Source of the DNA: Guillardia theta CCMP2712
Taxonomy: Eukaryota > Protista > Cryptophyta
Reading direction: 5' to 3'
Assembly: GCF_000315625.1 (NCBI RefSeq)
Contig: NW_005434670.1
Span: forward strand, 682,016-746,015
DNA length: 64,000 nt
Below are positions 11,244 through 22,919 of this stretch, in pieces. Each line of letters starts with the position of its first letter. The first letter of the stretch is position 1. The position numbers and the translations under genes are program-made. The notes below the pieces were generated by a model that worked only from the letters and a program-made list of their open reading frames with translations, had not been told where the DNA came from and searched no databases.

Positions 11244-14200
11244 TCACTTCGGGATGACGTCGGTGATCAGGCAGTATCCAAACGTTGGATGTCTGGTATC
11301 ACTGACAAACACGGGGATGTCCTCCCCTACCTCATACCCGCAGCCTGCATGTCCATGTGAGAGGGGACGGAGGGGAGGGGAGGAGGGAGCGAACCGTGCG
11401 GAAAACAGGAGAAGTGAGAGGAGAGCGACTTGCAATTGTTGATGAAGTCGAATTGCTGCATGTCACATATCATCCCTGCGAACAATCCAGTAAGATCCTC
11501 CTCCTCCTCCTCCTCCTCCTCCTCCTCCTCCTCCTCCCTATGAATACGACCTCTATCTCAACCTGTAGCAACTCTCCTGCTGCCCCGCTCCTCTCATCCT
11601 CTCCTTCCTGCCCGTGCTGCTCTCTGCATTCAAGCTACTTCCACAATATCCTCCTCTCCTGCTCTCCTCCTCTCCTCACCATTCCGCTTGCAGTGATCCA
11701 GGCAGCTGACACCCTGTGGGGCAGCTGAGGCCTTGAAGGAGGGAGGAGGCACGAGCTTCTCTTGCTCGGGAGTGAGAGGGCTCAGCCTCCTGTCGTACAA
11801 GAAGATCGTCTTGCGATTCCTCTTCACGATGGACACTCGCCTGCCAACATGTCGGAACCTCCCTCTTCCTCCTTCTTCCCTCCCCCTTCTTGCTCCCTCC
11901 TCCTCCCGTCTACCAGCTCTCTCCAACCATCGCACCCAGTTGCACCCGTCCCCTGCTCTTCTCCTCCCTCCCGAATGCGAGCAAGTCTCACTTGAAGGAG
12001 ACGCGCGGCCAGTTAGAAGGATACGCCCCGAGGCCCCGCGCCAACTTGCTCCACTCCTCCCGCACGTAGCCAACACGGAGAGTCTGCTGTGACCCGTCCG
12101 GGACGATGGAGAGAATTTGGTGAGGGCCGACGGGTCGAGCAGCAGCGAGCTGAGCCTGAGGAGAACAGCATTAGCATAGCGAAGCGAGAAGGAGGAGAGG
12201 AGGCGGGATGGGGGGTGGAGGGATTCGGAGGAGCAGCAAGGGTGGCACGATAGAAAGGGGGCAGGAGATAGTGGAGGGAGGAGCAGGGGTGGTAGGAGGA
12301 GATTCCACCGTCATCCAGGCCTGGTATCGATCATGCAAGAGGTAGGAGAGGTCGCCGTAGTCAACGTGCGGGGAGGTGGCGACAGCGATCTTGGACAGCC
12401 TCTGCTCGTAGTCATAATTGCTGACCGTCGCCCCCGTCGACCCGATGTTGTGGTTGCGAGGGACCTCGGGGATTATGCAGTCTCGTCCCTTCGCCTGCTC
12501 GTCCACTCGCATCCAGTGGTCCCAACTGTCACGAGGACGGTCAGCTCAAGAACCAGCTCCTGCCTCTCCTCCCCCGTCACCGCCCCCCACTCCTCTCCCC
12601 TCTTCCTGATACCCTTCCTGTCCATGGTTTCACTTTTCCTCAACTTGCTCTCTCTCTCCTCCTGCTGACCAGCTTCTTTCGCCTCCTGCTTCCTCCATCT
12701 CACCTGTGCATGGGCCACTTATGTCGGAGCTCATCCATCCACAGTTCCTTTCGGAGCATCCAACCCAATCCAGGAAAGAAGTCTACATACATCGCATGGT
12801 CACCAAATGAAGGGAGGGGGAGGAGGAGGAGGAAGAGGACTATGAAGAAAGCAGAGGAAGAGAATTGAAGGGACAGGAGACCGAGGAGGGAGGGGAGTGG
12901 AGGTTGGAAAGGATGAAAGGAAGCAGCACCAGTGCGATGAAGCGTTTTCTCGTCCATGTCCATGTGCATGTATGCGTTATCATTCCAAGAGGAGACGCAC
13001 ATGAGCGTTGCATCTGAGTCGAGCAGGGGAGCAGTAGCCTGCACCCTCGTGACCTTCTCCTCCCTCCTCCCCCTACTTCTCCTCCCTCCTCCCCCCTCCT
13101 CCTTCTCCTCCTCCCTCTTCCTACCCGCACCCTCCTCCCTCCTTGTCCTGACCTCGAAGTAGGCGAGCGCGTCTGGCGCCATCACCATGTCCTCCTCGAT
13201 TAGGATCGCGTGGTTGATGTTCTTCTCTGTCTCAAAGACCGTCTTGAGCACGAACTTGTAGTGATCGGCGATGTAATGCATGGTTGCTTGATCACCCTTT
13301 GATCTATGATCCTGTGTCCTCCATTTCTCAGCCAACATGCTTTCTCCTCTTCCCTTTCCTCTTCTACATTTCGTCGCCCCGTGCCCATCCCTCCCAACTC
13401 ATCCTGCCTGCTCCCCTGCCCTCCTCCCATTCCCCCCTTCATGTCTCGGACTACCTGCCTCAAGTCGTTCACGACGAACTTGATGAATGGCTTTGAAGAT
13501 TCCAGGTCCTGTCTGCATGTCAACGACGCCTACGGAAACATGCCCACGGCAATCGCCACGAGGGATGAAGAGCAAATCAAGACGTCAAGGAAGAGTGTGG
13601 AGGGGATTGGGGAGGGAGAGGAAGAGGAAGAGGAAGAGGAGGGGAGGAGAGAGATTGAATTTCTACCTTAGCATACATCCTGACCTTGGCGTCGCTGCCA
13701 TCCTGGGAAATGAAAACCTTCGCAGCAAACATGATGAGAGAAGGCGAGGAGGACGAAGCAAGAGCAACACCTTGTACTCTTCGATCCCCTTAAGATTCAG
13801 CAGGGAGCCCATCGTCTGCCTCAGATAGTTCTCCCGCTTGCACGCCAGCACAACTATGGCAGTCGTCTCCCTCGAAAACATCTTGGAGTCCCTGCTGACC
13901 GGCCAAGGAGTCAGTGGAAGCACGACAGGCGACCCGGAGGAAACAAGGCCAGCACAAACAATCGCTCCTCACCTCAAGATCTTCGAGAGGCTCTCCCGAC
14001 TGCCTCGCTCCTCGTCCTCCAGCTTCTTTGTACCTCCTCCTCTCTCTGCCGGCTGCGGCAACGGTCGATCCTCCGCTGCTTTCTTCATGCCGCTCAGCAA
14101 CGAGGCGTTCAGCAGCGAAGAGGAAGGAGAGGAGGAGGAGGAGGAGGAGGAGGAGGAGGAGGAGGAACTGAGATCTCCCTCCACCTTTCTAGGTCCCTCC

Positions 14201-14923
14201 TGCCTGTTCACATTTCCAGCCAAGACGGGAAGATCAGCCTGAGGAAGCTGGATCTTCACTTGACCTTCCTGCCCACCAGCCGCCCTGCTTCCCTCAAAGG
14301 AGCGTTCCAGCTTCGCTTGCGAGTCTTGAGCATGAGCCGCTGCATGTGGCAGAGTCGCACTCGCAGCAGGGCGACCCTGTTCCCAGCATGTTAATTCAAT
14401 GCCGATGACGTCAAATGAAACGGGAGGCGGCGATGATGGGACGGATCGAATGATAGGTTGAAACGGAGGGAGGCAGGAAGGGGAGAAGAGAGACAAGGGG
14501 CTCTAGAGATATGAAATGACGAGCATCAAAGATTGACACGAAGATCGCACACCCGCACCCTTCCTCCAACCCTTGACCCGCAGCGAGTGAACCCGTACTC
14601 GCGTGCCCCGGCAGCACAACAAGGAAACACATCACGTCCGTGGGAGTCGAAGTCCAAGACGCAGCAGACAAAGGGGAAGGAGTGGCCCATGTCACGAGAC
14701 GCAGGAGGAGCTTCAGAAGGGGGGGGGGGAGGGGGTTTGATGAGCGATGAGGACAGCTTGCTACAGCTCCTCCCACCTTCTTGGCGTGGGACCAGTTGGG
14801 GGGTCTCTTGAACCCCCAGGCTTCTTCGTCCTCATGTGGAGGCAACGTGAAACTGTAAAGGAGCAGCGACATGGCCCACGCCCCCACCGACAGCCCCACC
14901 AGCCATTCCACGCCTAATCGCAT
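11244..14923 (-). CDS. GT13 family N-acetylglucosaminyltransferase I-like (alpha-1,3-mannosyl-glycoprotein GlcNAc-transferase), type II membrane protein
   Basis: N-terminal TM (LVGLSVGAWAMSLLLYSF); AIVVLACKRENYLRQT; IADHYKFVL; IEEDM (DxD-like); CVSSWNDN; DFFPGLGWML; RDCIIPEVPRNHNIG. Many purine/pyrimidine-rich introns. Confidence 0.88.
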
Positions 14924-15762
14924 CCTTCCATATTCCTTCACCCAGAGCTTTGAGGTGATCTTTACCACTACCCGTACTTCTCAAATTCACCCGTCCATTG
15001 AAGCCCTTTACATGGGGAAAAGTGGGGTATTTCACACCTCTTACACACCTCATACCCTACCCTAGATACTCACTACCCCTTTCACTTACCTCGCAATCCG
15101 ATGATTCCGGGAGTCCCCAAAACAAGCACTACCCCTATTTTCCATATGTAATGTACCCACCCCCTCTCCAGGAGCGTGACTTTACTTCGCACATCCGCTC
15201 AGTGAAGTTCCGGCCGGCCCGGCGGCCCGGCGGCCCGACAGGCTGTGAGTGACGGATGAAGCCTTTGTGCCTTTAGAACAAGAATGTGAAGGGGTGGGGG
15301 TTATGTGATTACCGGTGTTATGAGCTGAAATAAGTACCGTAGAGGAATATTTTTTACGAAAGGGGGGTAGGGTTATGATTGAAGGGTTGGCCCGCAACGA
15401 GCACGAGCGGGGAAATGGCCGAGGTGAGCGTGATATGTGAAGAGAGGAGGAGGAGGAGGAGGAGGAAGAGGAGGAGAGGGAGGATGGTTCAGCATAATTT
15501 AGACAAGGAGAAGATCAGACGACGAAGAAGGTCAAGTGCGTAGCGAGTTGTGTGGTATAGGACGAGGGCAAGGAGGCATAGGGTCTCGCATTTTGAGGGG
15601 GTGTAGACGCTGAGTTTGTTGAAGACGGTGCAAGACATTTAGGTGAGACGAGTGCCAAGTGTAGAGGGGAGGAGAGGAAGGGAGGGAGAGGGAGGTAGTG
15701 ATGCACAGCTACATCAGGACAGGAGAAGTGTTTCATCCTACTTCTGACTCGCTCTTCCGTAG

Positions 15763-18700
15763 ACGCTCGGAAAGAATGGACTGGAGGATGTCCCTCAGGA
15801 CGTTCGATTTCCAGCGGAGGAAGAGAAGATCCTTGCCTACTGGGATCACATTGATGCCTTCCAAACCTCTCTGAAGACTTCACGTGAGGAAGGGCGGCCT
15901 GAGTTCACTTTCTACGACGGCCCTCCGTTCGCAACCGGCATGCCCCACTACGGGCACATCCTCGCAGGGACCATCAAGGACTGCATCACTCGCTACTGGC
16001 ACATGAACGGGTTCCACGTGGAGAGAAAGTGGGGATGGGACACGCACGGGCTCCCGGTGGAGTACGAGATCGATCAGAAGCTGGGGATCAAGTCGCGCGA
16101 CGACGTTCTGAAGATGACTGTGGCAAAGTATAACGCGGAGTGTAGAAGCGTCGTGATGAGGTACGCCAGCGAGTGGAAGCGAGTCGTGAGGAGGCTGGCG
16201 CGCTGGATCGACATGGAGAATGACTACAAGACGCTGGACCCGACCTTCATGGAGACGGTGTGGTGGGTGTGCAAGCAGATGTTCGACAAGGACCTTATCT
16301 ACCGGGGCTACAAGGTCATGCCCTACTCCACCGCCTGCAGCACTCCCCTCTCCAACTTCGAGGCTGGGCAGAACTACAAGGATGTCTCCGACCCCGAGTG
16401 CGTCGTCAGTCTCCCCATCATAGGCTCCGAACCTCCCGCCAGCATGCTCGCATGGACTACCACGCCGTGGACCCTTCCGTCCAACCTTGCCCTCTGCGTC
16501 CACCCGACGATGGAGTACGCATACGTAGAGGATGTAAAGACGTCTGCTGTGTACGTGCTTGCGGTTCCTCGCCTCGTGCAGCTGTATAAGAAGGAGTCGG
16601 AGTACAAGGTGTTGAAGACAGTCAAGGGCCAGGAGCTGAGGGGTTTGAAGTACGAGCCGCTCTTCAACTTCTTCGTGGAGAGGAAAGGAGACGTCGGATT
16701 CCGAGTCCTCTGCGACGAGTACGTGACGGCAGACTCGGGTACGGGGATCGTCCACCAGGCCCCCGCCTTCGGAGAGGATGATTACAGGGTCTGCCTCAAG
16801 GAGGGTGTGATCTTCAAGGGAGAGCACGTGCCTTGCCCTGTGGACGCCGACGGACGTTTCACAGAGGAGGTGTCAGACTTCCAGGGACAGCACGTGAAGG
16901 AGGCGGACAAGGCCATCCTGGCGTCGCTAAAGGCGAGCGGGAGGTTGGTGAAGTCAGGGGCGATCAAGCATAGCTACCCCTTCTGCTGGAGGTCCGACAC
17001 GCCGCTGATCTACAAGGCCGTGCCTTCCTGGTTCGTCAAGGTAGAGACGCTCAAGGAGAAGCTGCTGGCGAACAACGACAAGACCTACTGGGTCCCCGAC
17101 TTCGTCAAGGAGAAGAGGTTCCACAACTGGCTGGCTGGAGCGCGAGACTGGGCCATCTCTCGCAACAGGTTCTGGGGCACCCCCATCCCCATCTGGCACT
17201 CGGAGGACTGGGAGGAGGTGATCTGTGTGGGGAGCGTGGACGAACTGGAGCAGCTGTCGGGGGTGAGGGTCAACGATCTTCACAAGGACTCCATCGACCA
17301 CATCACCATCCCCTCCAAGATGGGCAAGGGAGAGCTGAGGAGGGTGGAGGAGGTGTTCGACTGCTGGTTCGAGAGCGGCTCGATGCCGTACGCGCAGTGC
17401 CACTACCCGTTCGAGAACAAGGAGAAGTTCGAGAAGACCTTCCCTGCCGACTTCATCGCCGAGGGGCTGGACCAGACCCGAGGATGGTTCTACACGCTCA
17501 TGGTGATCGGAACTGCTCTCTTTGACAAGCCCGCGTTCAAGAATGTGATCGTGAACGGGCTTGTGCTTGCGGAGGACGGGAAGAAGATGAGCAAGAGGCT
17601 GAAGAACTACCCGGACCCCGAGCTCGTCATTAACTCCCACGGCGCAGACGCGCTCAGGATGTACCTGATAAACTCGCCGGTGGTGAGAGGAGAGGAGCTT
17701 CGCTTCAAGGAGCAGGGCGTCAAGGACGTCGTCCGAGATGTCTTCCTCCCCTGGTACAACGCCTACCGCTTCCTTATCCAAGTGGTCCGCCGCCTCCAGA
17801 GCGAGGAGGGCGTGACGGTGCAGGGCAGCGGGACCGGCTACATCCAGTCGGACAACACCATGGACCAGTGGATCCAGGCGGCAGCGGCTGGCCTCCTGCA
17901 GTTCGTGCAGAAGGAGATGCAGGCCTATCGCCTCTACACCGTCGTGCCCCGCCTGTTGCGCTTCATGGAGGACCTGACCAACTGGTACGTGAAGATGAAC
18001 CGCAAGCGCCTCAAGGGAGGAGCAGGAGTGGAGGAGGCGACCGTGTCCATCCGTGTCCTGCTGCAGGTCCTCCTGACCCTCGTGCGCTCCATGGCGCCGT
18101 TCACCCCGATGTTCTGCGAGCTCCTGTACATGAACCTCCGCAACCTCCTCCCCGAGAGCGAACGCAAGGACAGCGTCCACTACCTCGACTTCCCGCAGGC
18201 GAACCTGGAGGCCGTGAACGAGAGGATGGAGCTCAAGGTCCGCAGGATGCAAGTGCTGATCGAGAAGGGGAGAATCGCCCGCGACAAGCGCGGCATCTCC
18301 CTCCGCACGCCCATCCGCGCCGTCACCGTGATCTGCCCCAACACCGAGCTCCTCCAGGACATCGAGGACCTCAAGGGCTACGTGCTCGAAGAGCTCAACG
18401 TCCGCTCCCTTTCCACGACGACGGAGGAGGGAGACATGGTCACTCGGTCTGCTGCTCCTGACAACACCATCCTCGGCCGACGGCTGGGCAAGGCGTTCAA
18501 GGAGGTGTCGGCCAAGATCAAGACGCTGACCAACGCGGAACTGATGGAGTACGAGAGGAAGGGACAGCTGGACGTGTGCGGGAGTGTCCTGTCGGGAGAC
18601 GACCTAAAGATCACCCGCTCCTTCAACGGGGACACGGAGACGGTGCAGGCGGAGTCGTACGACGAGGTCCTCGCGCTGTTCGACGTCGGGCTGGACGAGT

Positions 18701-19404
18701 CACTCCGGCAGGAGGGGGCGGCGAGGGAGATCGTGTCCCGTGTACAGCAGATGAGGAAGAAGGCTGGTCTGCTCCCCGAGGACCTGATCGAAGTCTTCTA
18801 CGAGAGCAGCGACGAGTCGTTTCTCAGCATCCTCGCCAACCACATGGACACCATCAAGTCAGCCATCAGGGTGGAGCTCCTGCCGCGGGGAAGGATGCCT
18901 GGATACCTTCAGCCCCTGGTCATCCTCCAGAGCGAGGAGGACGTGAATGGCATGAAGATTAGTCTCACGATCACTCGCGCGTGCCTGCACGTCTCTCAGC
19001 AAGCTGCAGATGTTTCTCAGGGAGTTTCTATCGAAGCATTGCAGGTTACCTTCTACCTCATCCTCCTCCCTCTCCAACTTGCCCTCTCCCTGATGTCCCC
19101 ACTGTTTTCTTCCCTCTTTGCCGCACCTCCCCCTTTTCTACTTGTTGCTGATGAGCGATGCGTCCAGTCGGCCGTTATGAGTCTGCAACTTGCCTCAGCC
19201 AAGAAGTCGATGACGTCTGGGGCTATCCAGGTGGTTCTCATCGCGCCTACTGCCCTCCTGTCGATTCCTTGCTCGATACCACTCACGTTTATCCCTCCCG
19301 CCCTACCATCTGACTCTCTTTCTCTGCAGGTGGCGGTGGATGGCAAGCAAGTGGAGCTACAGGCGGGCAAGCATGTGTTTCCCAGCGTTGCTGAAATGAA
19401 TTAG
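15763..19404 (+). CDS. IARS1: Isoleucyl-tRNA synthetase, cytosolic (eukaryotic type); first exon upstream unresolved
   Basis: FYDGPPFATGMPHYGH (HIGH motif), WTTTPWTLPSN, GTGIVHQAP, DWAISRNRFWGTP, EGLDQTRGWFY, KMSKR. The frame is open from the splice acceptor at 15763. Two short in-frame introns lie near the 3' end. Confidence 0.97.
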   Translation, partial: TLGKNGLEDVPQDVRFPAEEEKILAYWDHIDAFQTSLKTSREEGRPEFTFYDGPPFATGMPHYGHILAGTIKDCITRYWHMNGFHVERKWGWDTHGLPVEYEIDQKLGIKSRDDVLKMTVAKYNAECRSVVMRYASEWKRVVRRLARWIDMENDYKTLDPTFMETVWWVCKQMFDKDLIYRGYKVMPYSTACSTPLSNFEAGQNYKDVSDPECVVSLPIIGSEPPASMLAWTTTPWTLPSNLALCVHPTMEYAYVEDVKTSAVYVLAVPRLVQLYKKESEYKVLKTVKGQELRGLKYEPLFNFFVERKGDVGFRVLCDEYVTADSGTGIVHQAPAFGEDDYRVCLKEGVIFKGEHVPCPVDADGRFTEEVSDFQGQHVKEADKAILASLKASGRLVKSGAIKHSYPFCWRSDTPLIYKAVPSWFVKVETLKEKLLANNDKTYWVPDFVKEKRFHNWLAGARDWAISRNRFWGTPIPIWHSEDWEEVICVGSVDELEQLSGVRVNDLHKDSIDHITIPSKMGKGELRRVEEVFDCWFESGSMPYAQCHYPFENKEKFEKTFPADFIAEGLDQTRGWFYTLMVIGTALFDKPAFKNVIVNGLVLAEDGKKMSKRLKNYPDPELVINSHGADALRMYLINSPVVRGEELRFKEQGVKDVVRDVFLPWYNAYRFLIQVVRRLQSEEGVTVQGSGTGYIQSDNTMDQWIQAAAAGLLQFVQKEMQAYRLYTVVPRLLRFMEDLTNWYVKMNRKRLKGGAGVEEATVSIRVLLQVLLTLVRSMAPFTPMFCELLYMNLRNLLPESERKDSVHYLDFPQANLEAVNERMELKVRRMQVLIEKGRIARDKRGISLRTPIRAVTVICPNTELLQDIEDLKGYVLEELNVRSLSTTTEEGDMVTRSAAPDNTILGRRLGKAFKEVSAKIKTLTNAELMEYERKGQLDVCGSVLSGDDLKITRSFNGDTETVQAESYDEVLALFDVGLDESLRQEGAAREIVSRVQQMRKKAGLLPEDLIEVFYESSDESFLSILANHMDTIKSAIRVELLPRGRMPGYLQPLVILQSEEDVNGMKISLTITRACLHVSQQAADVSQGVSIEALQVTFYLILLPLQLALSLMSPLFSSLFAAPPPFLLVADERCVQSAVMSLQLASAKKSMTSGAIQVVLIAPTALLSIPCSIPLTFIPPALPSDSLSLQVAVDGKQVELQAGKHVFPSVAEMN

Positions 19405-20385
19405 CAATCTGTGTGTTCAGTTCTCTTGTCATAAACTTTACACGCATACAGTCGTTTTGTTTTATTCCCACATGATCCCTCAACCTTGAACCTCAGCGGC
19501 CTGGAACGTCTCGTGGGGTTCTATCACTAAGAGCACCGTGCCGTGCCCCTTCTAACTCGCTGAGAAGTATATCCCACGGCCTCCATGAAGGCATGGCGGA
19601 GACGCAGCACGTCGGAGTCATCGGATCGTCTGCAGCACCAGCGGCCTCCGCTGAGTGCCATCGCTGCGTTTCAATTGTGTCCAGGTCTGGGCGTCCAGAC
19701 ATGTCGCATCATACATTCTCCTGGCTCGTCGATCCCTTGAGTGGGGTCGTATTATCTTATCGCAACTTCGCTTGCAGGTAGCTGAGCGCACCGTGACCCC
19801 CAAGTAGCGCAAAACACTTGACACATGTTTGCATTCGGATCTAATTATGTGCTCCTGAGACACTAGGCTACACAACGCGCCCTGACGGCGCCGACGGGCC
19901 CCGGAGTTGCCTGAAGCGAAGACAGCATGCTGGGCCCAGCGATTGAGCCATGATCATCGCCCACTGATCAGCAGCTCAATGTGATCCACTACTCCATAAA
20001 TTTGACGGGTCCCAGTTTCAGCCATGACATGTTCACCAGAGGATCTTTCCTTCACGAACTTGATCTGTAACTGTCACCGTTACATCAGGAGTCGTAAAGA
20101 TCCATCCGGGAGTCCCGCGACTTGACTAAAACTTAGCTGTTAATTAACTCTTCGGGATTTCCCGTGACCCTTGTGCCCTCCCCTCCCCCGCCCCCCCTCC
20201 CAGACCACCCCCCAGGCCACCCACCCCCACCCCTCATCCCGGAGTTGATTTCCCGAAAAAAAGATTTTGTTGGAAGTGACCGCCAGGTTTGTGAACGTCA
20301 AAGGCAAAAAGTCGGAATAATTTCAAATATAAAGACAATAAATGAATCGTGTTTTAAACTTCTCGGCAATGACCGAAGGGCCTTC

Positions 20386-20767
20386 GGCCCGTTTCCCGCC
20401 GGCTCCCAGATTCCAGATTCCAGATTTTTTCATACAAATATAAGTCAAATTCTTTTTTTTCTACTCCAAATGTTTTGGAGAACTCAACTATAAGTCATTT
20501 TAATTTGAGAATGAAACGATGCGGTTGACTTTCCCAGATTTTGCTTTTCGAATGGGCAGGCACTATATGGAAATATACTATTAGCTCAATCGAGAAAAAT
20601 TGTTAGAAGGTAGGGAGGGTACGCTGGGAGCATCAAATATGAACAGGCAGTGGACCCACCCCCTGTCAGTATGTATTGAAAGCACCGGTGAATATTTCGG
20701 GGTAAATTTCAAATTAGTTTGAATAAAGTCAAAAATCTGGAATCTGGGAGCCGGCGGGAAACGGGCC
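20386..20767. mobile_element. Non-autonomous MITE, PIF/Harbinger (Tourist)-like
   Basis: Left end GGCCCGTTTCCCGCCGGCTCCCAGATTCCAGATT is the reverse complement of the right end AATCTGGAATCTGGGAGCCGGCGGGAAACGGGCC. TTC lies immediately outside both ends (3-bp TSD). The interior is AT-rich and non-coding. Confidence 0.75.
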
Positions 20768-22919
20768 TTCTCCTTTCCATGCATTTTTCAAATTTAACCA
20801 GCAGGCCCTACACAACCCCTCCCCCCTCTCCTCTCCCGATCACCACCCCCTCATGGGGTGGGGTACCGAAAAGAAAATTACATTTTTTCACAAATCGAGT
20901 TGAACGGCCGGACTCGAAATGGCAACGGTTGGTGATACCATCTCATGCAACTTAAGTTGCAAGTCACGTGTCCTAAAAAATTGAAAACTATATATACCCC
21001 ACCCCACCCCTGAATACTAGGTGTTTGCGTACTACCCCTATCTCCATTGATCTGCACAAAATCATATGCCCCCCTTGGTACCACCCCACCCCTTTGATTT
21101 CACTGAAGTCAACTTTTGCTGAACTTGCTTCTCCCGAACGAAAGACCCCTACCTCCTAGTTCGAGGCTGTGCTGTCCCCACAAAATCACCATCATTGCCT
21201 GCACGGCCTGCCTTCGAGATTTCTATAGGCAGTCTATATGATATCAGACGCCCATCCTTGCATACTGCCGTACATGCTGCTGATCCCCACACCCTAGATG
21301 CCCTTATCCCCTCCTTCTCCCAGGCTGCCACGAGGTCAGCCTCACGGACCTCTTAACGCCTCCCAGCTCTGTTTACTTTGAAAAGTCTTGACCTCAACGT
21401 ACCCCTTCAAATCTCCTTTTTTCAGACCCCACCCTATTAGACAGAATGTATCTGCCCTTACAAGCAGTTAGGACGGGCAAATCGGAAACGGGCAAACGTG
21501 TTCACAAAGTAGCAGGGGTGACTAATGGGTGTATGGAGGTAGGGGTACTCAGTCGGATACGTCAGGGGCAAAAAGCTGGCAGGGGGAGGCGGAAGGGGTT
21601 GAGGAAATACAGAGGTAGACATGAGGCTCGGAGGAATCAGCGGGGAATGTTGGGGGAATGAGAGCAGGCAGGCGGATGTACTTTTAAGTGCGAGAGGGAA
21701 ACAGGGGTGGGTATCGTGAGAAGAGGGTTTCACGTGGGGTGGGGGTAGGGACTGTGACTGGGCCGTGAGCTCTGTTGATGACCAGCTTTTAAATCGATGC
21801 GAAAGTGGTACCACACCCCACATCCTGATCAGGACCCCACACTTGAAATTGGGTCCCGTGCTTGACCCAGGTTCCTTGGTGAAAAAGGGGGGTATGAGCG
21901 AGTCAAATTCATTCACCACCCGTCTGAAGTAGGGTGCTACCACACAAGTTCATACGGGGGCATAAGAGGTCCTCAAAACCTTAAGTACCTTCTGCGTACC
22001 ACCCCAATCTGAAGCTTCCTATGCCTCCCCTCGATGGACCCACCCCGTCCCACTCAACCGACAAAAAGCCACCCCGTAACTTCTTTCTATTTCCCTACCC
22101 ACCCACGGTGCCTTCCGATGCACCTCAATGAAATTCTCTACCCCATCTTCTATCCCTTCAAACTACCCCTAGTCAAGTAAGGATTGACTTCTCCATGTCT
22201 TGTGACCCTTTGCAGGTGCTCTGGTCTACCCACCCCTTCTCAAATCAACCCACCCACCCCACCTACGTGTTTGATTGGGGATCATTCGATCCAGTCTCTT
22301 TCGGAAGGATTCTTCCATCACGACCCCCGTAGTTCAAACACCCCCGTCAAATTCCACCCCACCTCCTCGTTCCGAAAAAAAATTGTTGAGTTCCGAGGCT
22401 ACCCCCCTTCCATCGGTGTTCCTCCAACAAACGCATTTCCACCCCTGGCTTTCCCACCTACGTCCTATAACATATCCTATTAAGGTTCCACTACCCCCGT
22501 TTGTTCATCAAAATTTTACTTTTGTATCTCTTCATGACCCCACCCTAGGATCCGCCCACTACCCCTACCTCCCTATGAAATTCAATCCAAACCCCCACCA
22601 CAGTGCAAGACGTTCCCCCCAAGTCAACATTCATTGCTCCTCATCCACGTTTCCCCTGTCCCCATCTTTCTGTTCACGAGACAAGTTTGACGGCAGCCCA
22701 ACACTATCGAACCTGCTTGCCGCTTCCTTCCCTGCTCTTTCGACTACTTACCGTGAGAGTCGATCCCTTCCTGTCTTTTAAAGCTATACGAGTGACAAAA
22801 TTTCGCCACTCTTCAATACCGCCCCGATCATGCATACCGGTATCTGGCCATGGCCTACGAACTCCCTCCTGGAAGAAGCTTTGTTGCACGTTGAGCAAAG
22901 TCTTGTAAGAACGACAAAG

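Noticed and set aside
9359-11360. Poly-R, poly-W, poly-E and poly-L ORFs
   Set aside because: Translations of microsatellites in UTR, intron or intergenic DNA.
16954-18252. 432-aa antisense ORF (also 15880..16827 and 49475..50398)
   Set aside because: Shadow frames of high-GC3 IleRS and IspG coding sequence, with no independent protein features.
21440-22650. Decayed retroelement
   Set aside because: No RT, integrase or gag motifs, and no LTR pair detected by eye.
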